Source: Candidatus Thorarchaeota archaeon (lineage in GTDB: Archaea; Asgardarchaeota; Thorarchaeia; Thorarchaeales; Thorarchaeaceae). Taken from it: DNA of 23,492 nucleotides. The notes beneath the pieces were generated by a model, which saw only the letters and a list, made by a program, of their open reading frames with translations, was not told the DNA's origin and did no database searches. The stretch spans positions 1 to 23,492 of the forward strand of contig JAWAQK010000039.1 in the NCBI GenBank assembly GCA_038893995.1, written 5' to 3'. Made by a program: the position numbers and the translations under genes. Every line of letters begins with the position of its first letter. Positions within the stretch are counted from its first letter, which is position 1. Below, one piece after another: positions 7,302 to 15,969 of the stretch.

Positions 7302-7927
7302 TCATGCTCACCAACACGATTCTGGAGAAGCGCTTGGCCGACCTTATAGTAGTTGACCTCTCCGTTCTGATCAACCAGCGCAAATACTAGCTTTTTCCTA
7401 GCAGCAGATGTTGCCTGCGTAATCATATCAAGTGTATGCAAGTTGACTGGTTCGCCCTCTCTAAGTACATACACCATCTGGTTTGCGGTTGCGGATCCAG
7501 GTTTCTCACCTCGAGCATATACTCTGAACCCCAGTCCATTGCCGAATCCTTGACGGACCGCATAACCCCTGCTTCTCAGATCCCTAAAGACAAGATAGTT
7601 TGTCCACAGGTCCGGGTCAGTCATCAGGTTCATCCTTACGATGTGATCCGCGGAAACTCTCTCTCCATTGGAGCCTCTAATCGAAATTCTCTTTCTTTCA
7701 AGGAGATGGAGTGTTTCCACAGGGCTGAGTTCCAATCTACCATCTTCGCACATCGTTCCGTAGAATCCTTGTTGAGATATCCTGTCTGCGTTATCCTTAT
7801 CCACATAGACCTTTCCGTCTGATAGAGTAACCTCTACTGGTTCAATGGGCTCCAGATCTTCTTCTGAAGGTATTTCGTCAATGTCGTCCTCAGATATGTC
7901 TTCGGGGTTCTCGTCAGACAAACTCAT
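7298..7927 (-). CDS. endA: tRNA-splicing endonuclease family protein, probably the non-catalytic structural (beta) subunit
   Basis: LELSPVETLHLLE, YLVFRDLRSRGYAVRQG, FRVY.RG, RKKLVFALVDQNGEVNYY. The catalytic Tyr and His positions appear replaced (GFGNG, SATA). Acidic N-terminal tail; start placed at ATG 7927. Confidence 0.85.
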   Translation of the reverse strand: MSLSDENPEDISEDDIDEIPSEEDLEPIEPVEVTLSDGKVYVDKDNADRISQQGFYGTMCEDGRLELSPVETLHLLERKRISIRGSNGERVSADHIVRMNLMTDPDLWTNYLVFRDLRSRGYAVRQGFGNGLGFRVYARGEKPGSATANQMVYVLREGEPVNLHTLDMITQATSAARKKLVFALVDQNGEVNYYKVGQALLQNRVGEHD

Positions 7928-8003
7928 ATCGCCTATGCCCAACATTCCGTGGGATTACATGAAAAACCCATCGAATCCAACAGAAGAGATTGATGTCGCA
8001 TAC

Positions 8004-8504
8004 ATGCGATTGAGGAGAGATCTGACCGAGTTCTTGGCAGGCGGTCGACGTATAGTGGTAGTAGGAATCGGAAATGATCTTCGTTGCGATGACGGACTCG
8101 GGCCCTTCATAGTGAGCGGTCTAACTACTAGGGATCCCCGTCTAATGATGTGGAGTGCCGGGTCCGTCTTCGAGGCTCTGGCCGATCCGTTACTGGAGTT
8201 CGAGGCAGACCGCGTCATTATCATCGATGCCGCAGACCTGCACAGACCTGTTGGATACGCGGAGCTCATAGGGTCGGACAAGATAGGCACGGTGACCACC
8301 ACCAGTCACGGCATGCCGCTGTCCTTGTTGATGATGTACCTAGAACAGAGGACTGCCGCGAAGGTGGTCCTATTGGGCGTACAACCTGCCTGTGTTGACT
8401 TTGCCGAGGGTCTCACCGAGCCCATCCGTCAGGCAGCTGGTAGACTTATCTGTATGATCGACGATGTCCTTCGTGCGCATCTGGAGGCCAGTCCGATTGT
8501 TTAG
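8004..8504 (+). CDS. hycI: HycI-type hydrogenase maturation protease
   Basis: VVVGIGNDLRCDDGLG, IIIDAAD, TTSHGMPL, LLGVQP..VDFAEGL. Start uncertain (7959 or 8004); the upstream part of the ORF overlaps endA. Confidence 0.85.
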   Translation: MRLRRDLTEFLAGGRRIVVVGIGNDLRCDDGLGPFIVSGLTTRDPRLMMWSAGSVFEALADPLLEFEADRVIIIDAADLHRPVGYAELIGSDKIGTVTTTSHGMPLSLLMMYLEQRTAAKVVLLGVQPACVDFAEGLTEPIRQAAGRLICMIDDVLRAHLEASPIV

Positions 8505-9540
8505 GACCATCGAATGGGTAGATTCTCGACAGTCAGTCCGATTTGTTGATCAGACTCAACTTCCCCTGAGAATACGTCATATCACGACTCGCAGTCATAA
8601 GAGACTCGCTAGGGCAATCAGCACCATGGAGATTCGTGGCGCGCCAGCAATTGGGGCTGCAGCAGCCATGGGCATGGCACTTGCAGCCCTCGAAAGCAAG
8701 GCCCGTACTAGGAACGCACTTCTCGAGTATTTGGAACGTGCTGCTGAGACTCTAAACGTTCGTCCTACTGCCGTGAACCTTAGATGGGCACTCGATCGGA
8801 TGATCCGTGTGGCGGGATCGGGGGCTGACACTGTTGACGAGATCATCGAGCGTCTCATTCATGAGTGCAAAGAGGTAGCTGAAGAAGATGTACGAATGTG
8901 TATGAAGATAGGCGAGAATGCATTGGGCTTGATCAAACCTGGCTTCTCAATCCAGACAATCTGTAATGCAGGCTCACTCGCAACTGTCCACCTGGGCACA
9001 GTCGGTGCTGTCATAAGGATTGCACATGAGCGATATGGTGGCAATATCCGTGTCTATGCAGCAGAAACCCGCCCAAGGTTGCAGGGTGCCAGATTGACGG
9101 TCTTTGAAATGATGGAAGACAAGATCGAAACGGTCCTGATAACAGATGGAATGATTGGTACCGTGTTCAGGAAAGGAATGGTCAACTGTTGCGTGGTGGG
9201 TGCCGACAGGATTCTGAGGACTGGACATGTAGTGAACAAGATTGGAACATATACTATGGCGATAGTGGCACGTCATCATCACATTCCTTTCTACGTCGCT
9301 GCCCCCACATCCACAATTGACATGCGCAGCAATGTGGAAGACATAATCATAGAAGAACGTTCGCCCGATGAAGTACGAATAGTAAACGGTCAGTACATCA
9401 CCGTTCCTACTGCTCGTGTATACAATCCCGCCTTTGACGTTACACCGCCGGAACTTGTCAGTGCTCTGATCACTGATAGAGGTGTTATTGAGCACCCAGA
9501 CGAGAGTTCTATGAAGCGAGCATTTGGTGATTTGTGCTGA
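8497..9540 (+). CDS. mtnA: S-methyl-5-thioribose-1-phosphate isomerase (eIF2B-like family)
   Basis: DQTQLP, IRGAPAIG, RPTAVNL.WA, TICNAGSLAT (catalytic Cys), ETRPRLQGARLT, GADRI...G.V.NKIGTY, IEERSPDEV, NPAFDVTP. TTG start at 8497 is inferred. Confidence 0.88.
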   Translation: MFRTIEWVDSRQSVRFVDQTQLPLRIRHITTRSHKRLARAISTMEIRGAPAIGAAAAMGMALAALESKARTRNALLEYLERAAETLNVRPTAVNLRWALDRMIRVAGSGADTVDEIIERLIHECKEVAEEDVRMCMKIGENALGLIKPGFSIQTICNAGSLATVHLGTVGAVIRIAHERYGGNIRVYAAETRPRLQGARLTVFEMMEDKIETVLITDGMIGTVFRKGMVNCCVVGADRILRTGHVVNKIGTYTMAIVARHHHIPFYVAAPTSTIDMRSNVEDIIIEERSPDEVRIVNGQYITVPTARVYNPAFDVTPPELVSALITDRGVIEHPDESSMKRAFGDLC

Positions 9541-9666
9541 GTTCCACCTCCCTCCGAACCTGCAATGAGAGTCCATAGACACGCAGAAATCTTGATATGT
9601 GAACCACCGCGCGATTCGAGTATCAGTGAAGACATCCTGTTCATTTCGTTGTGAGGTGATCTTTAC

Positions 9667-9930
9667 ATGGACCCCGAAGTACGGCAGAGTATTGATCAGT
9701 CCAAGCAGCTGCTCAAGCAGATCTCGGAGGACACATCGGTTCCGAGAAACATAAGACGTGCCGCCACCGATGCAATAAAGGTACTGGAGAACGAGTCACA
9801 GTCTCCTGCAATAAGGGCTCAGAATGCGATATCAATTCTTGATGAGCCGAGCCAGGACCCCAATTGTCCTAACCATGCACGGACGAAGATCTGGCAAGTG
9901 TCCAGTCTGCTGGAACCAATCCGCGACTGA
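9667..9930 (+). CDS. UPF0147 family protein
   Basis: [19 protein letters not shown]...DPN.P.HART.IW...S.LE; strong RBS GAGGTGAT at 9653-9660. Confidence 0.93.
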   Translation: MDPEVRQSIDQSKQLLKQISEDTSVPRNIRRAATDAIKVLENESQSPAIRAQNAISILDEPSQDPNCPNHARTKIWQVSSLLEPIRD

Positions 9931-9998
9931 CACCACCGGATGATATGGCCAAGTTTAGACAGAGCCGCTAGTGCATGCAGTAGGGCCCGTGCTTGTAT

Positions 9999-11444
9999 AT
10001 GACACGAATCAGGCTTAGGGGTATATACTCAGAGGCACTCACGCAAATAGCTTTGCAGAATCATTACGAGATAGTGCACCCGTCTCCGGAAACCGCAGGA
10101 AAGCTCGGCCTACCCCAGAAGAGAGACATACCTGATATTGACGTCTGGGACAGAAGTGACATGCAGGGAGTTGTAGCCATAGGCTACGAACATATGTTGT
10201 CACAGTTTATTGACATACTCAGAAGAAGGCTGAATGGTGTCATAACGCGTGTCCCAAGAGTTGCCAAGAGTTCTATCTACAAAGGGCTCGTACTGGGTCA
10301 AGACGAGAAGACGGGCCAGACACGTGTGGACCTGGGCACAATCACCGGCTTGCTGCCTGAACGTGGATTCACACGCGGTTCTTACCTGATGGTGCAGGTA
10401 CGTGCACACGATTACGGGCGGAAATCTCCTGTATTGTCCTCGAGTATAACCATCCCCGGACGTGCAGCCGTTCTACTGCCAGAATCTGCGGTGCGAGTCA
10501 GCAACAGGATCCAGAGTCCCGAAAGGAGGAAGGTGCTACTTGCTCTTGGAGAAATGCTGAGGCAGCACACAGATGATTGGGGCATTCTCTGGCGTACAGC
10601 GGCCGAGGAACTAGATGAGATGGAGCTTCGCAATGAAGTAGATGACCTACTGGACGCGGCTCAGCAGATAAATCACAGATTCCACGAGCTCGATCGTCCC
10701 GGTCTTCTGTTCGAGGGTCCGAGCAATGCCGACATAGAGTTTCCTCTCGAGGTCAAGGAAACCCTCGACAAGATTCGTTCGCAGATTCACACAACCATTC
10801 CTCACCATCATTTCTACAAGTGTGCAGGTTACTTTCATCTTGTTGACTTTGCAGAGTCCTTGCTGGAGGAGCGCCCTGCCGAAAGCTCACACGTGATTTC
10901 GAGAGTCGAACGTTTTGTAGGCCAACGTATGCCCAAGGTTGACGACCCCGTGAGTCTGGAGCATGTGAAGCTTGATGGTCGTACAATAGTCCTCTCTCAC
11001 GCCAGGGTGATCGAAGCCTCCTCTGACCGCTTCAAGGCACGGCGACAGTTCAGTTACACTAGTCGCAAACTAAAGATCGAGGATGATTACCCCGATGTTG
11101 TTGACGTGCAGAGGGACGAAGGGGATTACGCGATCATCAAGGTGGTCCCTGGCGCTTCAACACTGGTGACTGATTACTATTCAAGTAGTGATGAACTCAA
11201 GGGAACATATGTCAATGTCAATACTGGTGTCGAGGTATACCCAGGAATGGAAACAACTCCATCAAGGGTCCGATATGTAGATCTCGAGATTGACGTGATA
11301 AAACTGCCAGATAGAGGCAAGGTGAGGATCATTGACCAGCATCTGCTCAAGCGAGCCGTCCAACGAGGTTTCATCACAGATAAGGTGGCGGAGGGGGCCA
11401 TGCGAATTGCAGAGACTCTTTACCATCAGCTGTCTGAGGTCTAG
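9999..11444 (+). CDS. fau-1: RNA-binding protein AU-1 / probable ribonuclease FAU-1 (RNase E/G-like plus DUF402)
   Basis: RIRLRGIYSEALT, WGILWRTAA, EFP...K..LD.IR......HHHFYK, HVKLDG, YVNVNTGVEVYP, RYVDLEIDV. Confidence 0.9.
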   Translation: MTRIRLRGIYSEALTQIALQNHYEIVHPSPETAGKLGLPQKRDIPDIDVWDRSDMQGVVAIGYEHMLSQFIDILRRRLNGVITRVPRVAKSSIYKGLVLGQDEKTGQTRVDLGTITGLLPERGFTRGSYLMVQVRAHDYGRKSPVLSSSITIPGRAAVLLPESAVRVSNRIQSPERRKVLLALGEMLRQHTDDWGILWRTAAEELDEMELRNEVDDLLDAAQQINHRFHELDRPGLLFEGPSNADIEFPLEVKETLDKIRSQIHTTIPHHHFYKCAGYFHLVDFAESLLEERPAESSHVISRVERFVGQRMPKVDDPVSLEHVKLDGRTIVLSHARVIEASSDRFKARRQFSYTSRKLKIEDDYPDVVDVQRDEGDYAIIKVVPGASTLVTDYYSSSDELKGTYVNVNTGVEVYPGMETTPSRVRYVDLEIDVIKLPDRGKVRIIDQHLLKRAVQRGFITDKVAEGAMRIAETLYHQLSEV

Positions 11445-11590
11445 ACTTGAGTAGGCAGCATCAGGCCCGCACATACTGTTTGACATCTGAACTCATCCGA
11501 CTTGCCAAAAGCAACCGTCTGTCTGAAGTCGGGGAAGACAACAAAAACGACAAAAGGCGACCTTGTTGTTATCCTGCTCGGTACGATGAA

Positions 11591-12178
11591 TTGCCAATAG
11601 CAAATGAGAAAGAGATTTTAGAGTTGATCGAAGCGATACAGTCTGGACTCGTCGAGGTATTTGATCAGTTTCGGGAACTGAGGAAACTCCTCGCTTCGGT
11701 TGAAGGTGGTCCAACCACATCACGTATACCTGACTCAGTCGGGCCTGTGTCTGTTCCGCCTCCAGACGATTCTTCGATAAGAAGTGCGTCAGCCTCCACA
11801 GTTGAACTGACTCGCGGTACCGAACCAACTACCTCTCCTAGTACTGAGGTGCCACCCGCCGCTGCGACCGATGGTAATCATCTCATCACAACGAGTCCTG
11901 TTGAAATCAAGGCGACGACTTCCCGCATCCTCGATCCAATTGCTCGCGAGGTGTCTGGTTCAAATCTCCCCGCCCACGTGCTCCTCGAGTACATGCTTAA
12001 GGCCAAGGAATACCTTGGTGCGAAGATTCGAATTGATGACAGAGTGTCCGCAGACATGGATCTGGTGATCAGGTTTCTGCGATCAAGGGGCAACGGTGGA
12101 CTGACAGAGGACGAAAGGAAAAACATTCTTCTAAGAATTAAGAGGTGGAAAGAGTACATCTCGGGGTCTGATCGGTAG
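11591..12178 (+). CDS. Hypothetical protein: N-terminal amphipathic helix, P/S/T-rich linker, C-terminal helical bundle
   Basis: ORF open from 11447, but protein-like sequence begins near TTG 11591. No confident family. Confidence 0.7.
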   Translation: MPIANEKEILELIEAIQSGLVEVFDQFRELRKLLASVEGGPTTSRIPDSVGPVSVPPPDDSSIRSASASTVELTRGTEPTTSPSTEVPPAAATDGNHLITTSPVEIKATTSRILDPIAREVSGSNLPAHVLLEYMLKAKEYLGAKIRIDDRVSADMDLVIRFLRSRGNGGLTEDERKNILLRIKRWKEYISGSDR

Positions 12179-12194
12179 TCACCATGAGCAGTCA

Positions 12195-12482
12195 TCACAG
12201 ATCGATTATGACCCTTTTCACCCTTGTCCGCGATATCTTCTTCAGACCATGTTGTCCCGGCTGATATCTGGACTCCAGCAAATGTGCATCATGTAGAATC
12301 TTTATCTGCGCGCTGGCGTTGGCTTCCGTCCCGTTCAAGTATTGTGCAACCCTTGTGACATCCTCCTCTCTGCTGAGCAGAAGCTTCAGTATCTTGAGGC
12401 GCGTCTTCGACGACAGTGCATTCCCTATACGAATTATGCTGTCCTCATCAGTGACGTGAAGTACATCTGACAGTGGTAACAC
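12195..12482 (-). CDS. ArsR/SmtB-like winged HTH transcriptional regulator
   Basis: ALSSKTRLKILKLL, VTRVAQYL....ANAS.QIKILHDAHLL, followed by a beta-hairpin wing. Confidence 0.88.
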   Translation of the reverse strand: MLPLSDVLHVTDEDSIIRIGNALSSKTRLKILKLLLSREEDVTRVAQYLNGTEANASAQIKILHDAHLLESRYQPGQHGLKKISRTRVKRVIIDL

Positions 12483-12592
12483 CCCGCAGACGAGTGTTGC
12501 TCAATAGGACCTTTATTATACCTGTCGTTTGGCCATTCGAGTCTTGCCAAGCATGTCAACGCTTATAGGTCATACACAGGACTGATGATTGA

Positions 12593-14620
12593 GTGATGAA
12601 TGGTTTGGCAGAGGATCTTCCCCTCATCGCAGGATTCGATATCCTACCCACCCACAGCCCTCGTGCCAATTCAGCTCCGAAGTTTGCATTTGTGTTGACG
12701 CGGGGTTCAACAATAGTAAGGGAGTTCCCCGAGATATCGAAAGGAGACCTGCTTCGGGTTGTTCGAAGCTTCAGGCCGCGGTATCTGGCCACTGACAACG
12801 TATTCGAGATTGTTCCTGACTCGAGATCCCTCTTCGGGCTCGTCGAAAGAATACCCCTCGAAACAAGGGTCGTGCAGGTAACCGGCATTCCCCCAAACCA
12901 AGTCCCCCTGAAGCTGCTTGCACGCACACATGGACTGAACGTGAAAGGCAAACCAACACCGAGTGAGTCTGCAAGGCTTGCGGCCATCCTGGCTGCCAAG
13001 GGCGTTGGGTACGTGCTTGATTGTTTTGGAGAGCAGACCGAGATAAGGGTGACACGTGGGCGCAAGATGGGTCGTGGCGGTCAAAGTGCCAACAGATATC
13101 GACGGAAGATACATTCGGAGATCCAGCAAGTAGTACGTCACATAGAATCTGTCCTACGAAGCGAGTCCATCGAGTTTGACCTTGAGCTTCGAGAATCAGA
13201 CTACGGATATGCCAGTGCAAGGTTCATTGCGTCGGCTCCTGTATTTTCAATCAACAGACTTGTCGAGTCCAAGCGGGGTGGCGACTTCAATGTCCTGATA
13301 CGTCCTGTCCGAAAGCGGGTGGAGTTTCTGCCTCTCGAACGTCAGCCAGTGAAGGCCGACCTTCAACCCAGGTACTTCATCGTCGGTGTCGATCCAGGCA
13401 TCACTGCTGGCTTGTGCTTTCTTACACTCGATGGGGCAATCCATGATGTATGTAGCAGAAAGGGACTGACCAGGGCTGAGATCATTCGGACAATATACGA
13501 ACGTGGAGTTCCAGTCCTCCTCGCAACAGACAAGACTCCTGCTCCCCACCTCGCAAGAAAACTAGCTGCCACTCTGGATGTTCAGCTCTTTGTACCCCCG
13601 AGGGAGGTCCCGGTCTCTCAGAAGAAAGAGATATCCCGGGAGGCTGCCACTCAGTGCGGGTCATTGAATGCGCATGAGAGGGATGCTCTCGCTGCTGCGA
13701 TCATTGCCTACAGGTATTTCCTTCCCAAGCTTGATCAAGTAGACCAGACAATACAGGCTGAGAATCTTAGTGTAGACCGAAATCAACTGAAAGCTCTAGT
13801 CGTACGCGGAATGCAGATTCGTGATGCCATCCTATCACTGAAAAGGACTGAAGTTGATGAAACTTCCGAGGCTGAGCCCAGGCAGGAACAGGCTCCTCCT
13901 CAAGAGGAGTCTCTGGATTCTCTCAAGGAGAAGGTTGCGTCCCTACAACAACAGAACCGCATGCTGATGGAGAAAGTAGAAGACCTCGAGCAGACAGTTG
14001 AGTATCTGAAGTTTCGGGAGAGCGAACTTGTCCAGAACCTTGAGATGATCAAACAAAAAGGATACTGGACTATCAAGAGGGACCGGCTGCTTGCTAAGAA
14101 GAACCTGGAGCTAGAAAGTCTGCGGTCACAGAATGAAGCCCTTCAACGGGAAAAGGATCACTTTCTTGCACAGTTGGAGCTTCTGCGAGGAGCCAGAAGG
14201 CTTGAGATGAAGGGCGACATGATCGCAATCAAGGTGATCCCTCACTTCACCAGAGAAAGCATATCTGAATATGCCCGGAAGTATGGCCTTCGGAAGAATG
14301 ACGTCGTGTTGTTTGAAGATTCCAGCGGAGGTGGTCCACAGACCGCTTCACTACTGATTGACTATGGTGTCAAGGCAATCATTGTCAGTTCTCCCCTATC
14401 CCACCTAGCCGAGGATGAGTTGATAGAGGCGCTGATTCCCGTCATCAATCTGAGTGACGTCAAAGTCCAGAGGATTGACGAGTTTGCCTTGATAGGTCGT
14501 TCTCAGTTTGAAAAGGTATATCATCAGTACGCCGAGCTTGCTAGGGAAAGGGCCCGCAAGAAGGGAGAAGACGCACTAGTCCGACTGGTTGAACGATATC
14601 GACACGACATTGAGCGATGA
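12593..14620 (+). CDS. DUF460 (COG2433) protein: two RNase H/RuvC-like domains, GGQ-containing insert, long coiled coil
   Basis: IAGFDI, LATDNVFEI, VVQVTG, GRGGQSANRYRRKIH, IVGVDPGIT.G, LATDK.P.P, HERDALAAA, coiled coil, C-terminal D.SGGG motif. Confidence 0.88.
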   Translation: MMNGLAEDLPLIAGFDILPTHSPRANSAPKFAFVLTRGSTIVREFPEISKGDLLRVVRSFRPRYLATDNVFEIVPDSRSLFGLVERIPLETRVVQVTGIPPNQVPLKLLARTHGLNVKGKPTPSESARLAAILAAKGVGYVLDCFGEQTEIRVTRGRKMGRGGQSANRYRRKIHSEIQQVVRHIESVLRSESIEFDLELRESDYGYASARFIASAPVFSINRLVESKRGGDFNVLIRPVRKRVEFLPLERQPVKADLQPRYFIVGVDPGITAGLCFLTLDGAIHDVCSRKGLTRAEIIRTIYERGVPVLLATDKTPAPHLARKLAATLDVQLFVPPREVPVSQKKEISREAATQCGSLNAHERDALAAAIIAYRYFLPKLDQVDQTIQAENLSVDRNQLKALVVRGMQIRDAILSLKRTEVDETSEAEPRQEQAPPQEESLDSLKEKVASLQQQNRMLMEKVEDLEQTVEYLKFRESELVQNLEMIKQKGYWTIKRDRLLAKKNLELESLRSQNEALQREKDHFLAQLELLRGARRLEMKGDMIAIKVIPHFTRESISEYARKYGLRKNDVVLFEDSSGGGPQTASLLIDYGVKAIIVSSPLSHLAEDELIEALIPVINLSDVKVQRIDEFALIGRSQFEKVYHQYAELARERARKKGEDALVRLVERYRHDIER

Positions 14621-14626
14621 TTGTCA

Positions 14627-14857
14627 TCACGACGGAATCTGAATCCAGAGTATGTTACTTCCCCTAATGAGGACTGATCCGTATCTTGCTTTGGTTTCCC
14701 TATCTTCGATCTCCTCTGCATCCGAGAGTGTAAGATTCATGTAGACATCACAGCGTGTCAGCTTGCCGCGAAAGATCCTCTGGTCCTTGAGTTTGACTGA
14801 TACAATCTCATTCAGCGCTAGGTCTAGTGCCCTTATTGGCAATCTCTCGCCTGACAC
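14627..14857 (-). CDS. Sm-like (Lsm/SmAP) RNA-binding protein
   Basis: Sm1 VSVKLKD.R.FRGKL...DVYMNL.L.DAEE; Sm2 YGSVLIRGSNI. Confidence 0.95.
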   Translation of the reverse strand: MSGERLPIRALDLALNEIVSVKLKDQRIFRGKLTRCDVYMNLTLSDAEEIEDRETKARYGSVLIRGSNILWIQIPS

Positions 14858-14883
14858 GTCAATTCCCTTGACGAGGGCTCAAG

Positions 14884-14904
14884 TGAGGAAATTATAAACC
14901 CTTT
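14884..14904. promoter_or_regulatory. TATA element in the divergent Lsm/kae1 intergenic region
   Basis: Palindromic TTATAA at 14892-14897; reads AAAGGGTTTATAAT on the minus strand, about 35 nt before the Lsm start. Confidence 0.55.
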
Positions 14905-14973
14905 GCTTTACCATCCTTGGACCACTGGCAGCAGAGCTTTCAGCCTCACTGTGATCAGGTCGGTGATTCATCA

Positions 14974-15969
14974 ATGGTCGTGACATGTCTCGGTCTCGAG
15001 GGCACAGCCCATTCATTTGGTGCAGCTGTCGTCACCAATGAGGGCAAGGTTCTGTCCAATGTCTGGCACATGTACTCACCGCCTGAGGGGGGAATTCATC
15101 CTCGAGAGGCGAGCAGGCACCATGTGGAGATTGGGCCAAGTCTCATCATGAAGTCTCTTGAGGATGCCAAGGTTAGCCTACGCGAGATCGATCTGATTGC
15201 GTTTTCAAGAGGTCCAGGTCTGGGTCCCTGTCTCAGGACGGTAGCAACTATGGCCAGGGCTTTGGCATGCACACTATCTGTCCCATTGGTGGGGGTCAAT
15301 CATTGTGTTGCTCATGTAGAAATTGGTTGTCTCGAGTCTGGATTCATCGATCCTGTGACAGTCTACGTCTCAGGAGGGAACACGCAGATAATCGCTCTCG
15401 CTGGGGGTCGGTTTAGGACATTCGGTGAAACTCTCGACATTGCAATCGGAAACATGCTTGACTCCCTTGGACGCAATATGGGCATGCGGTTTCCGGCTGG
15501 ACCCAAGATAGAACAGGAGGCCCTGCGGGGTAGAAACTACATAGAGCTCCCCTATTCTGTCAAGGGAATGGACTTGAGTTACTCGGGAATGCTCACAGCC
15601 GCAACTCGGCTCCACGAAACGGGCGTGCCCATAGAAGACATATGTTTCAGTGTCCAAGAAACGGCATTCGGTATGCTGGCAGAGGTCACAGAGAGGGCAG
15701 TTGCACATACCGGAAAGAAGGAAGTACTCTTGACCGGAGGTGTTGCGAGGAACAAGAGACTGTCACAGATGCTCTCTGGTGTCGCCGATAGGCACCACTC
15801 ACGGTTCCATGTGGTCTCTCCTCCTCTTGCAGGAGACCAGGGTGCAATGATTGCATGGACAGGGCTTCTCCAATATTGCGCAGGAGATCGACTTGAGGTT
15901 TCCCGTTCACATGTGCTGCCAAGGTGGCGTACTGACGAACAGGAAGTTTTCTGGAGGGGCAACACTTGA
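14974..15969 (+). CDS. kae1: KEOPS t6A threonylcarbamoyltransferase Kae1 (stand-alone, not fused to Bud32)
   Basis: LGLEGTAH, GGIHPREA, FSRGPGLGPCL, VNHCVAHVEIG, YVSGGNTQ, GETLDIAIGN, LPYSVKGMD.S.SG, LTGGVA.N, GDQGAMIAW. ATG at 14974. Confidence 0.97.
   Translation: MVVTCLGLEGTAHSFGAAVVTNEGKVLSNVWHMYSPPEGGIHPREASRHHVEIGPSLIMKSLEDAKVSLREIDLIAFSRGPGLGPCLRTVATMARALACTLSVPLVGVNHCVAHVEIGCLESGFIDPVTVYVSGGNTQIIALAGGRFRTFGETLDIAIGNMLDSLGRNMGMRFPAGPKIEQEALRGRNYIELPYSVKGMDLSYSGMLTAATRLHETGVPIEDICFSVQETAFGMLAEVTERAVAHTGKKEVLLTGGVARNKRLSQMLSGVADRHHSRFHVVSPPLAGDQGAMIAWTGLLQYCAGDRLEVSRSHVLPRWRTDEQEVFWRGNT

Noticed and set aside
7290-7312. Programmed frameshift or UGA readthrough fusing EndA to the ATPase
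   Set aside because: No slippery run. A GGTGA RBS precedes the TTG, so ordinary translational coupling explains the overlap.
8497-9540. eIF2B subunit or ribose-1,5-bisphosphate isomerase call
   Set aside because: The N-terminal DQxxLP extension, CNAGxLAT and QGARLT motifs fit MtnA better, although substrate is not proven.
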